This document shows positions 11,262 through 22,209 of a stretch of DNA of 48,180 nucleotides, piece after piece. The DNA lies in the NCBI GenBank assembly GCA_964515175.1, contig CAZEUR010000002.1:9630-57809 (forward strand), read 5' to 3'. The position numbers were made by a program, and so were the translations under genes. Source of the DNA: an uncultured Holosporaceae bacterium (lineage in GTDB: Bacteria > Pseudomonadota > Alphaproteobacteria > UBA7879 > UBA5542). Under the pieces are notes generated by a model. The model worked only from the letters and a program-made list of their open reading frames with translations. It did no database searches and was not told the DNA's origin. Numbering within the stretch: position 1 is the stretch's first letter; the number at the start of each line of letters is the position of its first letter.

Positions 11262-11422
11262 GGCTGGCTTTCTTATTAAGGGGCGCATTTCTAGCTCAAA
11301 AAAGGACAAATTTTGGGCTATAAAAGAGATTTTATAGCTCAGAGGACATAGCTGCTGCAAAAGGGACTGTGTCATAGTTCACGATGGCATGTGTTTCCAA
11401 GATGAACTATACACAGGAGGGG

Positions 11423-14254
11423 CTACGGCCTTAGCAAATAAGGCTTCAAAAACTGGCCTGTGTAGCTTTTTGGAACTTTGACGATCTCTTCAGGCGTTCC
11501 TTGGGCGACGATTTGACCACCCTTGGCACCCCCTTCGGGACCAATGTCTATAATCCAATCGGCGGTTTTGATGACTTCTAGGTTATGCTCGATAACAATC
11601 ACCGTGTTGCCCTGATCTACGATGGTGTGGAGAACCTCCAGAAGTTTCCGGATGTCTTCAAAATGGAGACCAGTGGTGGGTTCATCCAGGATGTAGAGGG
11701 TGCGGCCTGTGGGGCGCTTGGAGAGCTCTTTGGAGAGCTTGACTCGTTGTGCCTCACCTCCGGATAAAGTTGTGGCGCGTTGGCCGATGTGGATGTATCC
11801 AAGGCCTACTTTTTGAAGGGTTTTAAGTTTGTCATGAATTGCGGGGACTGCATGAAAAAAATCGGTGCCCTCATCCACTGTCATATCTAAAATGTCCGCA
11901 ATGGATTTGTCTTTGAATTTGATTTCAAGAGTTTCGCGATTATATCTTTTTTCTTTGCATTGATCGCAGGGAACGTAGACATCCGGCAAAAAGTGCATTT
12001 CGATTTTGGTGACGCCGTCGCCTTGGCATGCCTCACATCGTCCGCCTTTTACGTTAAAGGAGAATCGCCCAGCCGTGTAGCCCCGAGCTTTGGCTTCCGG
12101 GAGTTTGGCGAACCATTCTCGGATGGGGGTAAAGATACCCGTATAGGTGGCGGGGTTAGAGCGGGGCGTGCGGCCAATGGGGGACTGATCGATGTCGATG
12201 ATTTTATCTATATGATCCACTCCTGTAATATCCTCATAGTCCGGTTTTTTCAGGCGGGATTTGTTGAGAATTTTATAGATGGCTTTGAAAAGGGTTTCAT
12301 TCACAAGGGAAGATTTTCCACCACCAGAAACACCGGTTACACAAATAAATTTTCCCAAGGGGAACGTAGCGGTTACTTTTTTCAAATTGTTGGTGGTGGC
12401 GCCGGTTACCACAATTTCTTTGTCTTTGTGGCCCGGTCGTCTTTCTTTAGGTAAGGGGATAGACCTCTCTCCCTTGAGGTAAGCTCCTGTGATGCTGGCT
12501 TCATTTTCCATGATTTCTTCTGGTGTTCCTTGGGCAATGATTTGTCCACCAAGGTTGCCTGCACCAGGTCCCATGTCCACCACATAGTCTGCTTGGCGAA
12601 TGGCATCTTCGTCATGCTCCACCACAATTACTGTATTGCCTAAGTTTTTCAGATGCTGGAGAGTTTGTAAAAGCTGGTCATTATCCCGTTGATGGAGACC
12701 AATGGAAGGCTCGTCCAATACATAGAGAACACCCGTAAGACCAGATCCAATTTGAGAGGCAAGCCGGATGCGTTGGGACTCCCCTCCAGACAAAGTTCCA
12801 GCAAGACGGGAAAGACTTAGGTACTCAAGCCCCACACTTTCCAAAAAATGAAGGCGACTGCGTATTTCTTTGAGGATACGGGCTGCGATGGTGAGTTCTT
12901 TTTCAGAGAGAACTTTGTCCAGAGATTGAAACCATTGGACGGAGTCTTCGATAGAGAGCTCGGTGATTTGGCCAATATGCTTGTCATTAATTTTAACCGC
13001 CAAAGCTTCTGGTTTGAGGCGGTAGGAATCACAAACCTCACAGGGCAAGCTGCTTTGGTATTTGGAGAGGTCTTCCCTCATGCGCTCGCTGTCTGTTTCT
13101 CGCCACCGTCTTTCCAGATTGGGGATCACCCCTTCAAAAGGTTTCTTGGCATGATGGGTTTTACCATACTCATAGCGGAGTCCAATGGCTTCTTTCCCGG
13201 ACCCGAAGAGGAATACTTCTTGGATGTTTCGATGAAGATCTTCGAAGGGCACATTGGGGGAGACACCGTAGTGGTTGGCCACACTCTCTAGCACTTGGGC
13301 GTAGTATTCGCCAAAAGCATTGAACCAAGGTTCAATGGCGCCCTCGCGGATGCTGAGATGGGGATTGGGCACGACGAGTGCTTCATCAAAGATGAGTTTG
13401 ACGCCGAGGCCGTCGCACACGGGACAGGCCCCGAAAGGGCTATTGAAGGAGAAGAGGCGGGGTTCGATTTCTTCCATGGTAAAGCCAGACACAGGGCAGC
13501 AGAATTTTTCCGAGAAAAGAATTTCCGTTTGGTCCTCTACTTTTTCCGCAATGGCGAGACCTTCACTGAGTTGGAGGGCCGTTGTGAGAGTGTCCGCGAG
13601 CCGACTCTCAATGCCGGGTTTGATGACGATGCGGTCCACCACGACAGACAGATCATGTTTAAGATTTTTATTAAGAACAGGAGCGTCTTCGATCTCATAG
13701 AATGTGCCGTCTATTTTGACCCGTTGAAAGCCTTTTTTCTGAAGGTCGGTCAGTTCTTTGCGATATTCGCCCTTGCGACCACGAACAATGGGAGACAAAA
13801 GATAGATTTTGGTGCTCTCATCAAGAGCCATGAGACGATCCACCATTTCAGAGACGGTTTGGCTTTTGATGGGAAGCCCCGTGGCAGGCGAATGGGGGAC
13901 GCCCACGCGGGCAAAGAGGAGACGCAGATAGTCGTAAATCTCCGTAATGGTTCCCACGGTAGATCGGGGATTCTTGGAGGTGGTTTTTTGCTCAATGGAA
14001 ATGGCAGGGGAAAGGCCTTCGATGGAATCTACATCGGGCTTTTCTGTGAGCTCTAGAAATTGTCGGGCATAGGCGGAGAGGCTCTCCACATAGCGGCGCT
14101 GGCCTTCTGCATAGATGGTATCGAAAGCAAGTGAGGATTTTCCCGACCCACTGAGGCCCGTGATGACCACCAGTTCATTCCGCGGCAAATCCACAGAAAT
14201 ATTCTTGAGGTTGTGGGTCCGTGCGCCCCGTATGGAGATAAAATCAGATGACAT
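11423..14254 (-). CDS. uvrA: Excinuclease ABC subunit A
   Basis: 943 aa with [26 protein letters not shown], two ABC cassettes ([24 protein letters not shown]), and zinc modules CPVCDGLG and CEACQGDG. Confidence 0.97.
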   Translation of the reverse strand: MSSDFISIRGARTHNLKNISVDLPRNELVVITGLSGSGKSSLAFDTIYAEGQRRYVESLSAYARQFLELTEKPDVDSIEGLSPAISIEQKTTSKNPRSTVGTITEIYDYLRLLFARVGVPHSPATGLPIKSQTVSEMVDRLMALDESTKIYLLSPIVRGRKGEYRKELTDLQKKGFQRVKIDGTFYEIEDAPVLNKNLKHDLSVVVDRIVIKPGIESRLADTLTTALQLSEGLAIAEKVEDQTEILFSEKFCCPVSGFTMEEIEPRLFSFNSPFGACPVCDGLGVKLIFDEALVVPNPHLSIREGAIEPWFNAFGEYYAQVLESVANHYGVSPNVPFEDLHRNIQEVFLFGSGKEAIGLRYEYGKTHHAKKPFEGVIPNLERRWRETDSERMREDLSKYQSSLPCEVCDSYRLKPEALAVKINDKHIGQITELSIEDSVQWFQSLDKVLSEKELTIAARILKEIRSRLHFLESVGLEYLSLSRLAGTLSGGESQRIRLASQIGSGLTGVLYVLDEPSIGLHQRDNDQLLQTLQHLKNLGNTVIVVEHDEDAIRQADYVVDMGPGAGNLGGQIIAQGTPEEIMENEASITGAYLKGERSIPLPKERRPGHKDKEIVVTGATTNNLKKVTATFPLGKFICVTGVSGGGKSSLVNETLFKAIYKILNKSRLKKPDYEDITGVDHIDKIIDIDQSPIGRTPRSNPATYTGIFTPIREWFAKLPEAKARGYTAGRFSFNVKGGRCEACQGDGVTKIEMHFLPDVYVPCDQCKEKRYNRETLEIKFKDKSIADILDMTVDEGTDFFHAVPAIHDKLKTLQKVGLGYIHIGQRATTLSGGEAQRVKLSKELSKRPTGRTLYILDEPTTGLHFEDIRKLLEVLHTIVDQGNTVIVIEHNLEVIKTADWIIDIGPEGGAKGGQIVAQGTPEEIVKVPKSYTGQFLKPYLLRP

Positions 14255-14348
14255 ATTTAAACTTTCTAATTACGAGAGAAGGCTCGTATTCCTTACGGAA
14301 CCATTTTAAAGTATAGTGAGCTTATACTCAATAAATATAAGGAAGATA

Positions 14349-16649
14349 ATGGCATATACATATAAAAGCAAGAAACCTTCGTTTTTGCCTCAGGAGATCA
14401 AATCTTTTTTTCAGAAAAGATTGCTTGAATTGGGAGGTGTGGCTTGTGTGGCCCTCGGCCTTGCCCTGTTTTGTTGTCTAATTTCTTATTCTCCAGGGGA
14501 TTCTTCTTTAAACACGCGCAGCAGTGCTGTGCCATCTAACCTTATGGGCGAGACGGGTGCTTATTGGGCGGATTTGTGTCTGCAAAGCATGGGGCTTGTG
14601 AGTTATTTGTTTCCACTGCTTCTGATGGTGTGGGGTGCACGTATTATTATTGATCATCATTTGATTCGTATGAAATGGCGCCTTGCGGCGTTGCCTGTTA
14701 TCGCTTTAACCACAAGTTTTTTTCTAAACAATTTCTTTGCGGCGTGGACAGTGGTGCCTGCCGGTGGAGTTCTGGGATTTGTTCTGGAAAATAGGTTGGG
14801 AGCTTGGATGGGAAGTGTTATGCCCCTTTGGATTTTGGCACTTGCATCAGGGGCTGTGGGGCTTGGGTTGTTTTGCTTCATTTGGGGGATTCCGAAACGG
14901 TTCTGGGCGCTCGCTGGGGCGGTTATTCTGACTCAAGCCATGAAGGTGGTAGAAAAACTGAAGGGGTATGTCTTGAAAGAACCTCAGCCTATAGAGTCAA
15001 GCCCCACTCTTTCAGAGGCAATTTTAGGTCCATATGTGGAAGATGAGGTGGAGAAATTTGCGGATTTATCTGGCGAAGAAGCAGTGCCTGTTCAGAAAAA
15101 AGATAAGGAGCTGATGCCGAAACTTAAAGCTATTGCCGCGGCAAAAATTGTAGATAGGTCGGGATATGCGGTGCCGCCTGTGGATCTTTTGCAACCAGAA
15201 AAGGATTCAAAAACACCCAATGTTCCAAGGCATTTGTTAGAAGAAAATGCTAAACGGCTAACGGAAGTTTTACAAGAATTTGGCGTGCAGGGGGAGATGA
15301 CCAATGTACACCCCGGGCCTGTGGTGACGCTCTATGAATTTAAACCAGCGCCAGGCGTGAAGTCTTCTCGGGTTATTGGGCTAGCAGATGATATTGCTCG
15401 CTCTATGAGTTCGCTCTCAGCTCGTATTTCTGTTATCCCGGGATATAATGCTTTGGGCATAGAGCTCCCAAATCCCGTGCGGCAAACAGTTTATATGCGG
15501 AGTCTTTTGGAAGATGAATCCTACCGACAAACAACAGCAAAATTGCCTCTGATTTTAGGAAAAAACATCAGTGGGGAGCCGATTATTGCAGATTTGGGAA
15601 AGATGCCTCACTTGTTAATTGCGGGAACTACAGGGTCGGGTAAGTCTGTGTCTATCAATACCATGATTTTATCTCTGCTCTATCACTTATCCCCGGAACA
15701 GTGCAAATTTATCATGATTGATCCGAAGATGCTGGAGCTTTCCATTTATGATGATATCCCCCATTTGTTGAGTCCCGTGGTGACGGACCCTCACAAGGCT
15801 ATTATGGCTCTAAAATGGGCGGTTCGAGAAATGGAGAGCCGGTACCAAGCCATGTCAAAACTGGGAGTGCGGAACATTGAAGGATACAATGAGAAGATTG
15901 TGGAGGCTCAGGGGAAGGGGGAAACACTGAATCGTCGGGTGCAAACGGGATTTGATCCAGAAACGGGGCAACCCATGTATGAGGATCAAGTTCTGGAGCA
16001 GAAAATTTTGCCGTTTATCGTCGTTGTTGTGGATGAGATGGCGGATCTTATGTTGGTGGCTGGTAAAGAGATTGAAGGGGCTGTGCAGCGTTTGGCGCAG
16101 ATGGCACGTGCAGCGGGAATTCATTTGATTATGGCGACCCAAAGACCATCGGTGGATGTGATCACGGGAACCATCAAGGCAAACTTTCCAACACGGATTA
16201 GCTTCCATGTAACTTCAAAAATTGACAGTCGGACGATTTTGGGAGAACAAGGCGCAGAACAACTTTTGGGGCAAGGGGATATGCTGTACATGCGGCCTGG
16301 AGGACGGGTCATGCGGGTGCATGGACCCTTCGTTCGAGATCAAGAGGTGGAACGCATAGTTCAATTCCTGAAAACGCAAGGGGAGCCTGAATATGAACCC
16401 TCCATTGCCAGCGAAGAAAGCAGTGAGTTTGGAGCCGGGGGATATGGCGGTGATGGGTCAGGGGACATGCTCTATGATCAGGCTCTTGCCATTATATTGA
16501 GTGAGAAGAAAGCCTCCACCAGCTTCATCCAGCGACACCTGCAAATAGGGTATAATCGAGCAGCGCGTATCATTGAGCGGATGGAAAAAGAAGGTGTGGT
16601 AAGTAAGCCAAATCACGTCGGCAAACGCGAAGTCCTTATGTCTAACTAA
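14349..16649 (+). CDS. ftsK: DNA translocase FtsK
   Basis: N-terminal TM helices and a motor domain with GTTGSGKSV, VVVVDEMADLM and ATQRPSVDVITG. The gamma winged-helix region reads SFIQRHLQIGYNRAARIIERME. I prefer the ATG at 14349, preceded by AAGGAAG, over the GTG at 14316. Confidence 0.93.
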   Translation: MAYTYKSKKPSFLPQEIKSFFQKRLLELGGVACVALGLALFCCLISYSPGDSSLNTRSSAVPSNLMGETGAYWADLCLQSMGLVSYLFPLLLMVWGARIIIDHHLIRMKWRLAALPVIALTTSFFLNNFFAAWTVVPAGGVLGFVLENRLGAWMGSVMPLWILALASGAVGLGLFCFIWGIPKRFWALAGAVILTQAMKVVEKLKGYVLKEPQPIESSPTLSEAILGPYVEDEVEKFADLSGEEAVPVQKKDKELMPKLKAIAAAKIVDRSGYAVPPVDLLQPEKDSKTPNVPRHLLEENAKRLTEVLQEFGVQGEMTNVHPGPVVTLYEFKPAPGVKSSRVIGLADDIARSMSSLSARISVIPGYNALGIELPNPVRQTVYMRSLLEDESYRQTTAKLPLILGKNISGEPIIADLGKMPHLLIAGTTGSGKSVSINTMILSLLYHLSPEQCKFIMIDPKMLELSIYDDIPHLLSPVVTDPHKAIMALKWAVREMESRYQAMSKLGVRNIEGYNEKIVEAQGKGETLNRRVQTGFDPETGQPMYEDQVLEQKILPFIVVVVDEMADLMLVAGKEIEGAVQRLAQMARAAGIHLIMATQRPSVDVITGTIKANFPTRISFHVTSKIDSRTILGEQGAEQLLGQGDMLYMRPGGRVMRVHGPFVRDQEVERIVQFLKTQGEPEYEPSIASEESSEFGAGGYGGDGSGDMLYDQALAIILSEKKASTSFIQRHLQIGYNRAARIIERMEKEGVVSKPNHVGKREVLMSN

Positions 16650-16681
16650 GCCTTTTGAGCCATTGACCTCAGTGGCCCAGC

Positions 16682-18070
16682 TTAAATAGATCCATATAAA
16701 TGGAGAGCTAACGCTCGAGCTTTATCATGATCTACAAGGGGGTGGGGATAGGTGTGGCCTAAAGCGATATGAGCCTTTTTTAGGGTCTCTTCTGGGGCAA
16801 GCCAGGGAGCATGAATAAATTTATCAGGCAGATCCTTGAGCTCTGGAACCCAGGTGCGGATGTAGTCCCCCTTTGGATCAAACTTTTGGCTTTGAAGAAT
16901 GGGATTGAAAACTCGAAAATACGGCGCCGCATCGGCCCCACACCCTGCCACCCATTGCCAACTGGCAAAGTTATTGGCAATGTCTGCATCCACCAAAGTA
17001 TTGTAAAACCAAGTAGCCCCCTTTTGCCAGTTAATGAGGAGATCTTTGGTTAAAAAAGAGGCCACGACCATACGAACGCGGTTGTGCATCCAGCCCGTCT
17101 GCCAGAGCTGCCGCATGCCAGCATCTACGAGAGGATATCCAGTCTTGCCTTTCGACCAAGCTTTAAAGAAAGAGTCATTGTGAGCCCAGGGAAACTTATC
17201 GAATTTTGGATTAAAATTTTTATGGGAGAGCTTTGGAAAATGAAATAAGAGGTGATAAGAAAATTCCCTCCAAAAAAGCTCGGACTGAAATTTATGGCGA
17301 TCTATTGAAGGGGCGGGGCTTTCATTTGCTTCATGGAGAACTTTGTGTACGCTAATTTCTCCAAAATGTAGGTGGGGAGATAGTCGAGAGGTGGCTTTTA
17401 AATCTGGAAAATCTCGATTTACCCCGTAGCCTTTCAGTCCCGTTTTGAGGAAGCTGTGCAGAGCTTTGTGAGCTCCTGATTCTCCCGGTGTCCAATAGGT
17501 GTCAAAAGCACTTGCCCAATTGGGTTTTTTGGGAAGTAAATGCCAGTCTTCGAGAGAATCGGATTTTAGATGAGGCGAATTGCCCAGAGAATGAGGTTTT
17601 CCTTTGGGATCCAAAGGCGGGAGTTTCTCAACACAGGCCTTGTAAAAAGGTGTAAAAACCTTGAAAAAAGTTCCCTGGCCATTTTTGATTGTGCCGGGCT
17701 CAAAGAAAAGGGATCCATTAAAAGTTTCTGCTGTGAGATGAGATTTTATTTTTATATCCCGGCTACACAGGTCAGGTTCGTAGCAATCATTCCAATAAAG
17801 GCCTTCGGCTTTTGACTTTTTCATAAGGTGGGAAAGAATGGAGAGAGGGTTGCCTTTACACAATAAAAGAGGAACACCGTAAGTTGCTTGTAAATCAGCG
17901 TCTAGTGATTTGAGACTATGGTGAAGCCACCATTTTTGAGCCTCTCCCAAAGGCATATCTTCATCCAAAATGTAAAGAGGAACCACGGTTTTGTGGGAGT
18001 GGGAGGCTTGAAGGAGCGCGGGGTTATCTTCAAGCCGTAAATCTTTGCGAAACCAAAAAAGAGCGGTCAT
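16682..18070 (-). CDS. phrB: Deoxyribodipyrimidine (CPD) photolyase
   Basis: 462 aa with [63 protein letters not shown] and the FAD-binding C-terminal domain pattern. Confidence 0.92.
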   Translation of the reverse strand: MTALFWFRKDLRLEDNPALLQASHSHKTVVPLYILDEDMPLGEAQKWWLHHSLKSLDADLQATYGVPLLLCKGNPLSILSHLMKKSKAEGLYWNDCYEPDLCSRDIKIKSHLTAETFNGSLFFEPGTIKNGQGTFFKVFTPFYKACVEKLPPLDPKGKPHSLGNSPHLKSDSLEDWHLLPKKPNWASAFDTYWTPGESGAHKALHSFLKTGLKGYGVNRDFPDLKATSRLSPHLHFGEISVHKVLHEANESPAPSIDRHKFQSELFWREFSYHLLFHFPKLSHKNFNPKFDKFPWAHNDSFFKAWSKGKTGYPLVDAGMRQLWQTGWMHNRVRMVVASFLTKDLLINWQKGATWFYNTLVDADIANNFASWQWVAGCGADAAPYFRVFNPILQSQKFDPKGDYIRTWVPELKDLPDKFIHAPWLAPEETLKKAHIALGHTYPHPLVDHDKARALALHLYGSI

Positions 18071-18079
18071 GAGAGGGGG

Positions 18080-19324
18080 CTATTCCTCCTCATCTAGGGG
18101 TTTCGCGAACCAGATGGAAGCAGTCACCATAAGACCACAAAAAGCGAGATAATAGGCTGGAGCAATGGCGTGACCTGTCTGATCCACAAGCAGTCGGCAA
18201 ATGAAGGGGGCTGTTCCTCCAAAGAGGACGGCCCCTAGGGCATAGGCCACGCTTGATCCTGTTTGACGCTCTTGAACCTCAAAGAGAGGGACGATGTAGG
18301 CCGTTCCCGGCGCTAGAATGCCCATGGCAAAAATACTGAGGAGACCTCTTAAGAGATGGATCTTTGTAAGAGTTAACTCCTCTAGCGTCCAAGAAAACAA
18401 AGGAATGGAGAAGAAGACTAGTCCAAGAGCAGAGATCATCATGAGCCGTTTGATTCCCACTTTATCAGAAATGTGGCCAATGACGGGTAAAAGGAGTCCC
18501 CAAAAAGCCAAAAGAACCATATTGTACTGCAACATGGAGGCATGACGGATCCCTAGATCCACCACAAGAAGCGAGTTGAAGTAGATACAAATAAGATAAA
18601 AGGGGAGATTGCATCCTGCCGCAACGCCCATGGCGCAAAGGAAATTCCTCTTGCGGCTTTTTATGACTTCTGAGAAGGATTTTGAGTGATTTTGTCCCTC
18701 TTTTTTTAAAGATCTTTTGAAGACAGGGGTTTCTTCCAGCTGACTTCTAAGCCGTATAAGGAGAAGCCCTAAGATTCCACCTCCAATAAATGAAAGCCGC
18801 CACTCGAAGTCAGATGTATAGAAGGACCCACAAAGAGAGGCGAGGATAGCTCCAATAAATCCGGAGGCACTTAGAAGGGCGCTCAGGAGAGATTGTACTT
18901 TTGAACTTCCAAACTCATTTAAGAATACAGCCGTACCACTATAAGCGGCAGCGCCGCCTGCAGATTGTATCATGAGGGCAATAATTAAAATGATGGGCGC
19001 AATCATGCCAAGGGTGCCGTATCCGGGGAGAATTCCAATAAGCAACGTAGGAATGGCGATGGAGAGCACACCGACAATCATGGAAAGTTTTCGACCATAA
19101 AAATCTCCGATGCGGCCTAAAATGAAGCCGGCCACAGGCTGCATAATGAAGGTGAGGGCAAAAACAGCAAGGGCCCGCATTTCATTAAGCTTTGGATCAT
19201 CCGACGGGAAAAAAATGGGTGCCATGATGCTGGCATAGTATCCATATAAAACGGTTGAATGATGTTCCACAGTATTAATCAAAAGGCCCGCGAGAACATT
19301 CTTGTATTTTTTTATGAAAACCAT
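18080..19324 (-). CDS. MFS transporter (ProP-like metabolite:H+ symporter type)
   Basis: 414 aa with roughly 12 hydrophobic segments and the MFS motif A-like GRIGDFYGRK between TM2 and TM3. The substrate cannot be inferred. Confidence 0.75.
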   Translation of the reverse strand: MVFIKKYKNVLAGLLINTVEHHSTVLYGYYASIMAPIFFPSDDPKLNEMRALAVFALTFIMQPVAGFILGRIGDFYGRKLSMIVGVLSIAIPTLLIGILPGYGTLGMIAPIILIIALMIQSAGGAAAYSGTAVFLNEFGSSKVQSLLSALLSASGFIGAILASLCGSFYTSDFEWRLSFIGGGILGLLLIRLRSQLEETPVFKRSLKKEGQNHSKSFSEVIKSRKRNFLCAMGVAAGCNLPFYLICIYFNSLLVVDLGIRHASMLQYNMVLLAFWGLLLPVIGHISDKVGIKRLMMISALGLVFFSIPLFSWTLEELTLTKIHLLRGLLSIFAMGILAPGTAYIVPLFEVQERQTGSSVAYALGAVLFGGTAPFICRLLVDQTGHAIAPAYYLAFCGLMVTASIWFAKPLDEEE

Positions 19325-19576
19325 GTTTTTTCCCTTAGATAAACTTTCCTCAACCCATGAGTATATTAGTTATCTTTTTGGCTAAGTCAACCCGTCCATC
19401 CAACGAGTCTTGAAAAATTCGAATGTTTATATTATATCTGGAAGGGTCGTAACAAAGAGGTTTTATCGTCCTATGAAGACAGTTCTTTAAGTTGCCCTGT
19501 GGGGGCAAAGGTGCCGCGAGCTTGAAAGGCTTGTGAGCCGCATTGGTTTGTTTCCCTTTAACTTAAAGGCTTTCAT

Positions 19577-20992
19577 ATGACACATAGGCCCATTCAATTT
19601 CAAAATATCAGTTTATCTTTTTCCCATAAAACTTGTTTTTCCGACTTTTCGATGCAGGTCTTTCATGGCCAACGCATAGCCATTATTGGTCGGAATGGAA
19701 GTGGGAAATCGACGCTTCTTAAGATAATTCAAGGACTCGGGGAGCCTTCAGAAGGGACCCTAAAAATTCCCGAGGAAGTAAAAATCGGATACGTTCCTCA
19801 AATCGTTGAAGGTTTTGATTTTCTCAGTGGCGGTGAACGATTTCAAGAAGCTCTAACACAAGCCTTATCCAAGTCTTCTAATCTTTTACTGTTAGATGAG
19901 CCCACCAACCATTTGGACTTGAAAAACAGACGGTCTCTGATGCGGATGCTCCAGGCTTATGAAGGAACTTTATTGATCGCGACCCACGATCCAGAAATTC
20001 TTCGTTTTATGGATACTCTCTGGCACATAGACGATGGAAAAATTCATGTATTTTCTGGGAATTATGAGGATTATAAAAGGCAAACTCAAATTAAACGTCA
20101 TGCCCTTGAGGTCAGTCTTGACCAACTTGAGCGCAAAAAAGAAGATCTTCATGACTCTCTTATGAAAGAGCAGCTCCGCGCCAGCAAGAGCCGTGCGGGA
20201 GGCCACAAAAAGATTGATCAGCGCAAATGGCCCACCATTGTGAACAAAGCAAAAGCGGATCGAGCAGCTTCAACATCTAGCAGAAATAGAGCTCAAATTC
20301 GCACTTCCAGGGAAGACCTTTTGGAAAAGCTGCAGGATCTCCGTTTGCCAGAAATTATTGTGCCAAAATTTTCCATTTCTGCGGAAGGTATAGGAATAAA
20401 AACCATTCTTGCTGCAAAAGAGGGAGCTATTGGATATGAGGAATGGGTTGTGACCAATATCAACTTCTCCCTACTGAGCCAAGAGCGTCTTGCCCTTATT
20501 GGAGATAACGGATCTGGGAAAACAACAATTCTGAGAGGAATCTTGGGCGATCCTCTTGTTAAAAAATCTGGAGAATGGTTTGTGCCGAAGATCCAGGACA
20601 TAGGATATCTGGATCAACATTATGGAACCCTAGATCCTCAGAAAACTGTTTTAGAAACCATTCAAGAAGTTCAGTCTTCCTGGTCTCATGGAGAGGTGCG
20701 CCGACATCTGAATGACTTTCTCTTCCGAAAAAATGAGGAAGTGAATGCTCTTGTAAACACCCTTTCGAGCGGCGAGAAAGCGCGACTGTCGTTGGCTCAG
20801 ATTGCGGCCAAAACACCAAAACTTCTGATTTTGGATGAGGTAACTAATAATGTGGATTTAGAAACGAGGGAGCATATTATTCAAGTCTTAAAGAAATATC
20901 CTGGGGCGTTGCTGGTGATTTCACACGACAGAGATTTTTTGGAAGAAATTGGGGTTGAGAAGGTTTATAAAGTTTTAGGTGTTGCTAGATAG
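19577..20992 (+). CDS. ABC-F family ATPase (two NBDs, no membrane domain), compact form
   Basis: NBD1 has GRNGSGKST, LSGGERFQ and LLLLDEPTNHLD. A basic linker of about 95 residues follows (residues ~165-260, KRQTQIKRH...RASKSRAGGHKKIDQRK...). NBD2 has GDNGSGKTT, LSSGEKARL and LLILDEVTNNVD. There are no TM segments and no C-terminal extension. Confidence 0.88.
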   Translation: MTHRPIQFQNISLSFSHKTCFSDFSMQVFHGQRIAIIGRNGSGKSTLLKIIQGLGEPSEGTLKIPEEVKIGYVPQIVEGFDFLSGGERFQEALTQALSKSSNLLLLDEPTNHLDLKNRRSLMRMLQAYEGTLLIATHDPEILRFMDTLWHIDDGKIHVFSGNYEDYKRQTQIKRHALEVSLDQLERKKEDLHDSLMKEQLRASKSRAGGHKKIDQRKWPTIVNKAKADRAASTSSRNRAQIRTSREDLLEKLQDLRLPEIIVPKFSISAEGIGIKTILAAKEGAIGYEEWVVTNINFSLLSQERLALIGDNGSGKTTILRGILGDPLVKKSGEWFVPKIQDIGYLDQHYGTLDPQKTVLETIQEVQSSWSHGEVRRHLNDFLFRKNEEVNALVNTLSSGEKARLSLAQIAAKTPKLLILDEVTNNVDLETREHIIQVLKKYPGALLVISHDRDFLEEIGVEKVYKVLGVAR

Positions 20993-21051
20993 AGAGGCAG
21001 CTTGGTCGCCACAGGAATCGTTCCGATTCTTTCGCGATGATGGGAAGGAAT

Positions 21052-21486
21052 CTAAAACTTCTCCAACGCCCGCCGGGCAAGTTCATCGGCCCGTTCATTT
21101 TCCGGGTGACCTGCATGCCCCTTGACCCAATGCCAGGAGATTTTGTGAGAGGAGACGACTTTGTCTAAGTGTTCCCAGAGATCCTGGTTTTTAATGGGTT
21201 TTTTCTGGGCCGACTTCCATCCGTTTTTTTTCCAGGTATGAATCCACTCGGTGATACCTTTTCGTAAGTATTCACTATCTGTATAGAGGTGAATGGGGAT
21301 GGTTTTTTGGACCGCTTCGATGCCTTTGATGGCAGCCAGCAACTCCATGCGGTTGTTGGTGGTATCAGGTTCGCCACCGGAGAGTTCCTTTTCGTGATTT
21401 TTGTAACGAAGAATGGCGCCCCAACCACCAGGACCTGGATTGCCTTGGCACGCTCCGTCTGTAAAAATTTCAATAATATCGGTCAT
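21052..21486 (-). CDS. rnhA: Ribonuclease HI
   Basis: [35 protein letters not shown] and [18 protein letters not shown]. The start is moved to the ATG at 21486 (MTDIIEIF...), because the track extension would overlap the sfsA start. Confidence 0.93.
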   Translation of the reverse strand: MTDIIEIFTDGACQGNPGPGGWGAILRYKNHEKELSGGEPDTTNNRMELLAAIKGIEAVQKTIPIHLYTDSEYLRKGITEWIHTWKKNGWKSAQKKPIKNQDLWEHLDKVVSSHKISWHWVKGHAGHPENERADELARRALEKF

Positions 21487-21507
21487 TTTTGTGCTAAATT
21501 GAGCTCC

Positions 21508-22209
21508 ATGAAATTTACACCTTCCCTTCAAAAAGGCCGTCTGGTTAAAAGATACAAACGCTTTTTGGCGGACGTTTTACTGCCTGATGGTACCACGGTT
21601 ACAGTCCATTGTCCAAACTCTGGTTCCATGAAAGGTCTTGTGAATCCTAGCAACTCCGTATGGATTAGTGAGAGCTTAAATCAATTAAGGCGGTTAAAGT
21701 ATACCTTAGAGATCATTGAGGTGGAGGGGATAAAGGTGGGGGTGAATACGCACAATCCCAATCTTTTGGTGCGAGAGGCCCTTGAAGCGGGGGTTTTGAA
21801 CATTCCTTTTCGAGGAGAAATTCGACGGGAAGTAAAATACGGCGCCAACTCTCGGATAGATTTTCTATTGGAAGATCAGGGAGGGTGCCCCCTTTATGTG
21901 GAAGTGAAAAATGTGACATTAAAAGAGGGGGGCCTGGCCCTTTTCCCCGATTCTGTGACGGAGCGCGGTAAAAAACATTTAGAAGAAATGATGAATGTGG
22001 TAAAAGAAGGGGCGCGGGCGCTGATGGTTTATATCATTCAGCGATCCGATTGTGAGGCTTTTTCTGTGGCGGAGGAGATAGATCCAAAGTATGCAGAAGC
22101 TTTAAGACGTGCCCATGGCTTAGGGGTTGAAGTATGTGCCTACCAATGCCATGTGGATGAACAGGAAATTAGGGTTGAGAAGCCCATAGAGATTAGGATT
22201 TTTGAATGA
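21508..22209 (+). CDS. sfsA: Sugar fermentation stimulation protein A (SfsA nuclease-like)
   Basis: [23 protein letters not shown]..., [17 protein letters not shown] and [13 protein letters not shown]. The start at 21508 gives the usual ~233 aa. The longer track ORF is antisense overlap with rnhA. Confidence 0.9.
   Translation: MKFTPSLQKGRLVKRYKRFLADVLLPDGTTVTVHCPNSGSMKGLVNPSNSVWISESLNQLRRLKYTLEIIEVEGIKVGVNTHNPNLLVREALEAGVLNIPFRGEIRREVKYGANSRIDFLLEDQGGCPLYVEVKNVTLKEGGLALFPDSVTERGKKHLEEMMNVVKEGARALMVYIIQRSDCEAFSVAEEIDPKYAEALRRAHGLGVEVCAYQCHVDEQEIRVEKPIEIRIFE

Noticed and set aside
11960-14056. Several long plus-strand ORFs (e.g. 11960-12454, 12848-13291, 13295-14056, 13320-13700)
   Set aside because: All lie antisense within the well-supported uvrA gene. 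These shadow ORFs have low-complexity, motif-free translations.
14255-14348. SOS (LexA) box in the uvrA-ftsK divergent region
   Set aside because: Only a single GTTC half-site context (GTTCCGTAAGGAATA on the minus strand) is present. The alphaproteobacterial GTTC-N7-GTTC direct repeat is not.
16659-16668. Third occurrence of AGCCATTGAC (the start of the 38-nt repeat) between ftsK and the photolyase gene
   Set aside because: Only 10 nt match, which is roughly chance level for both strands of a 48-kb window. The flanks are unrelated.
21013-21033. Hairpin GAATCG-TTC-CGATTC between the ABC-F gene and rnhA as a terminator
   Set aside because: The stem is only 6-8 bp, the loop is 3 nt and the T run is very short. 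This is too weak to call.
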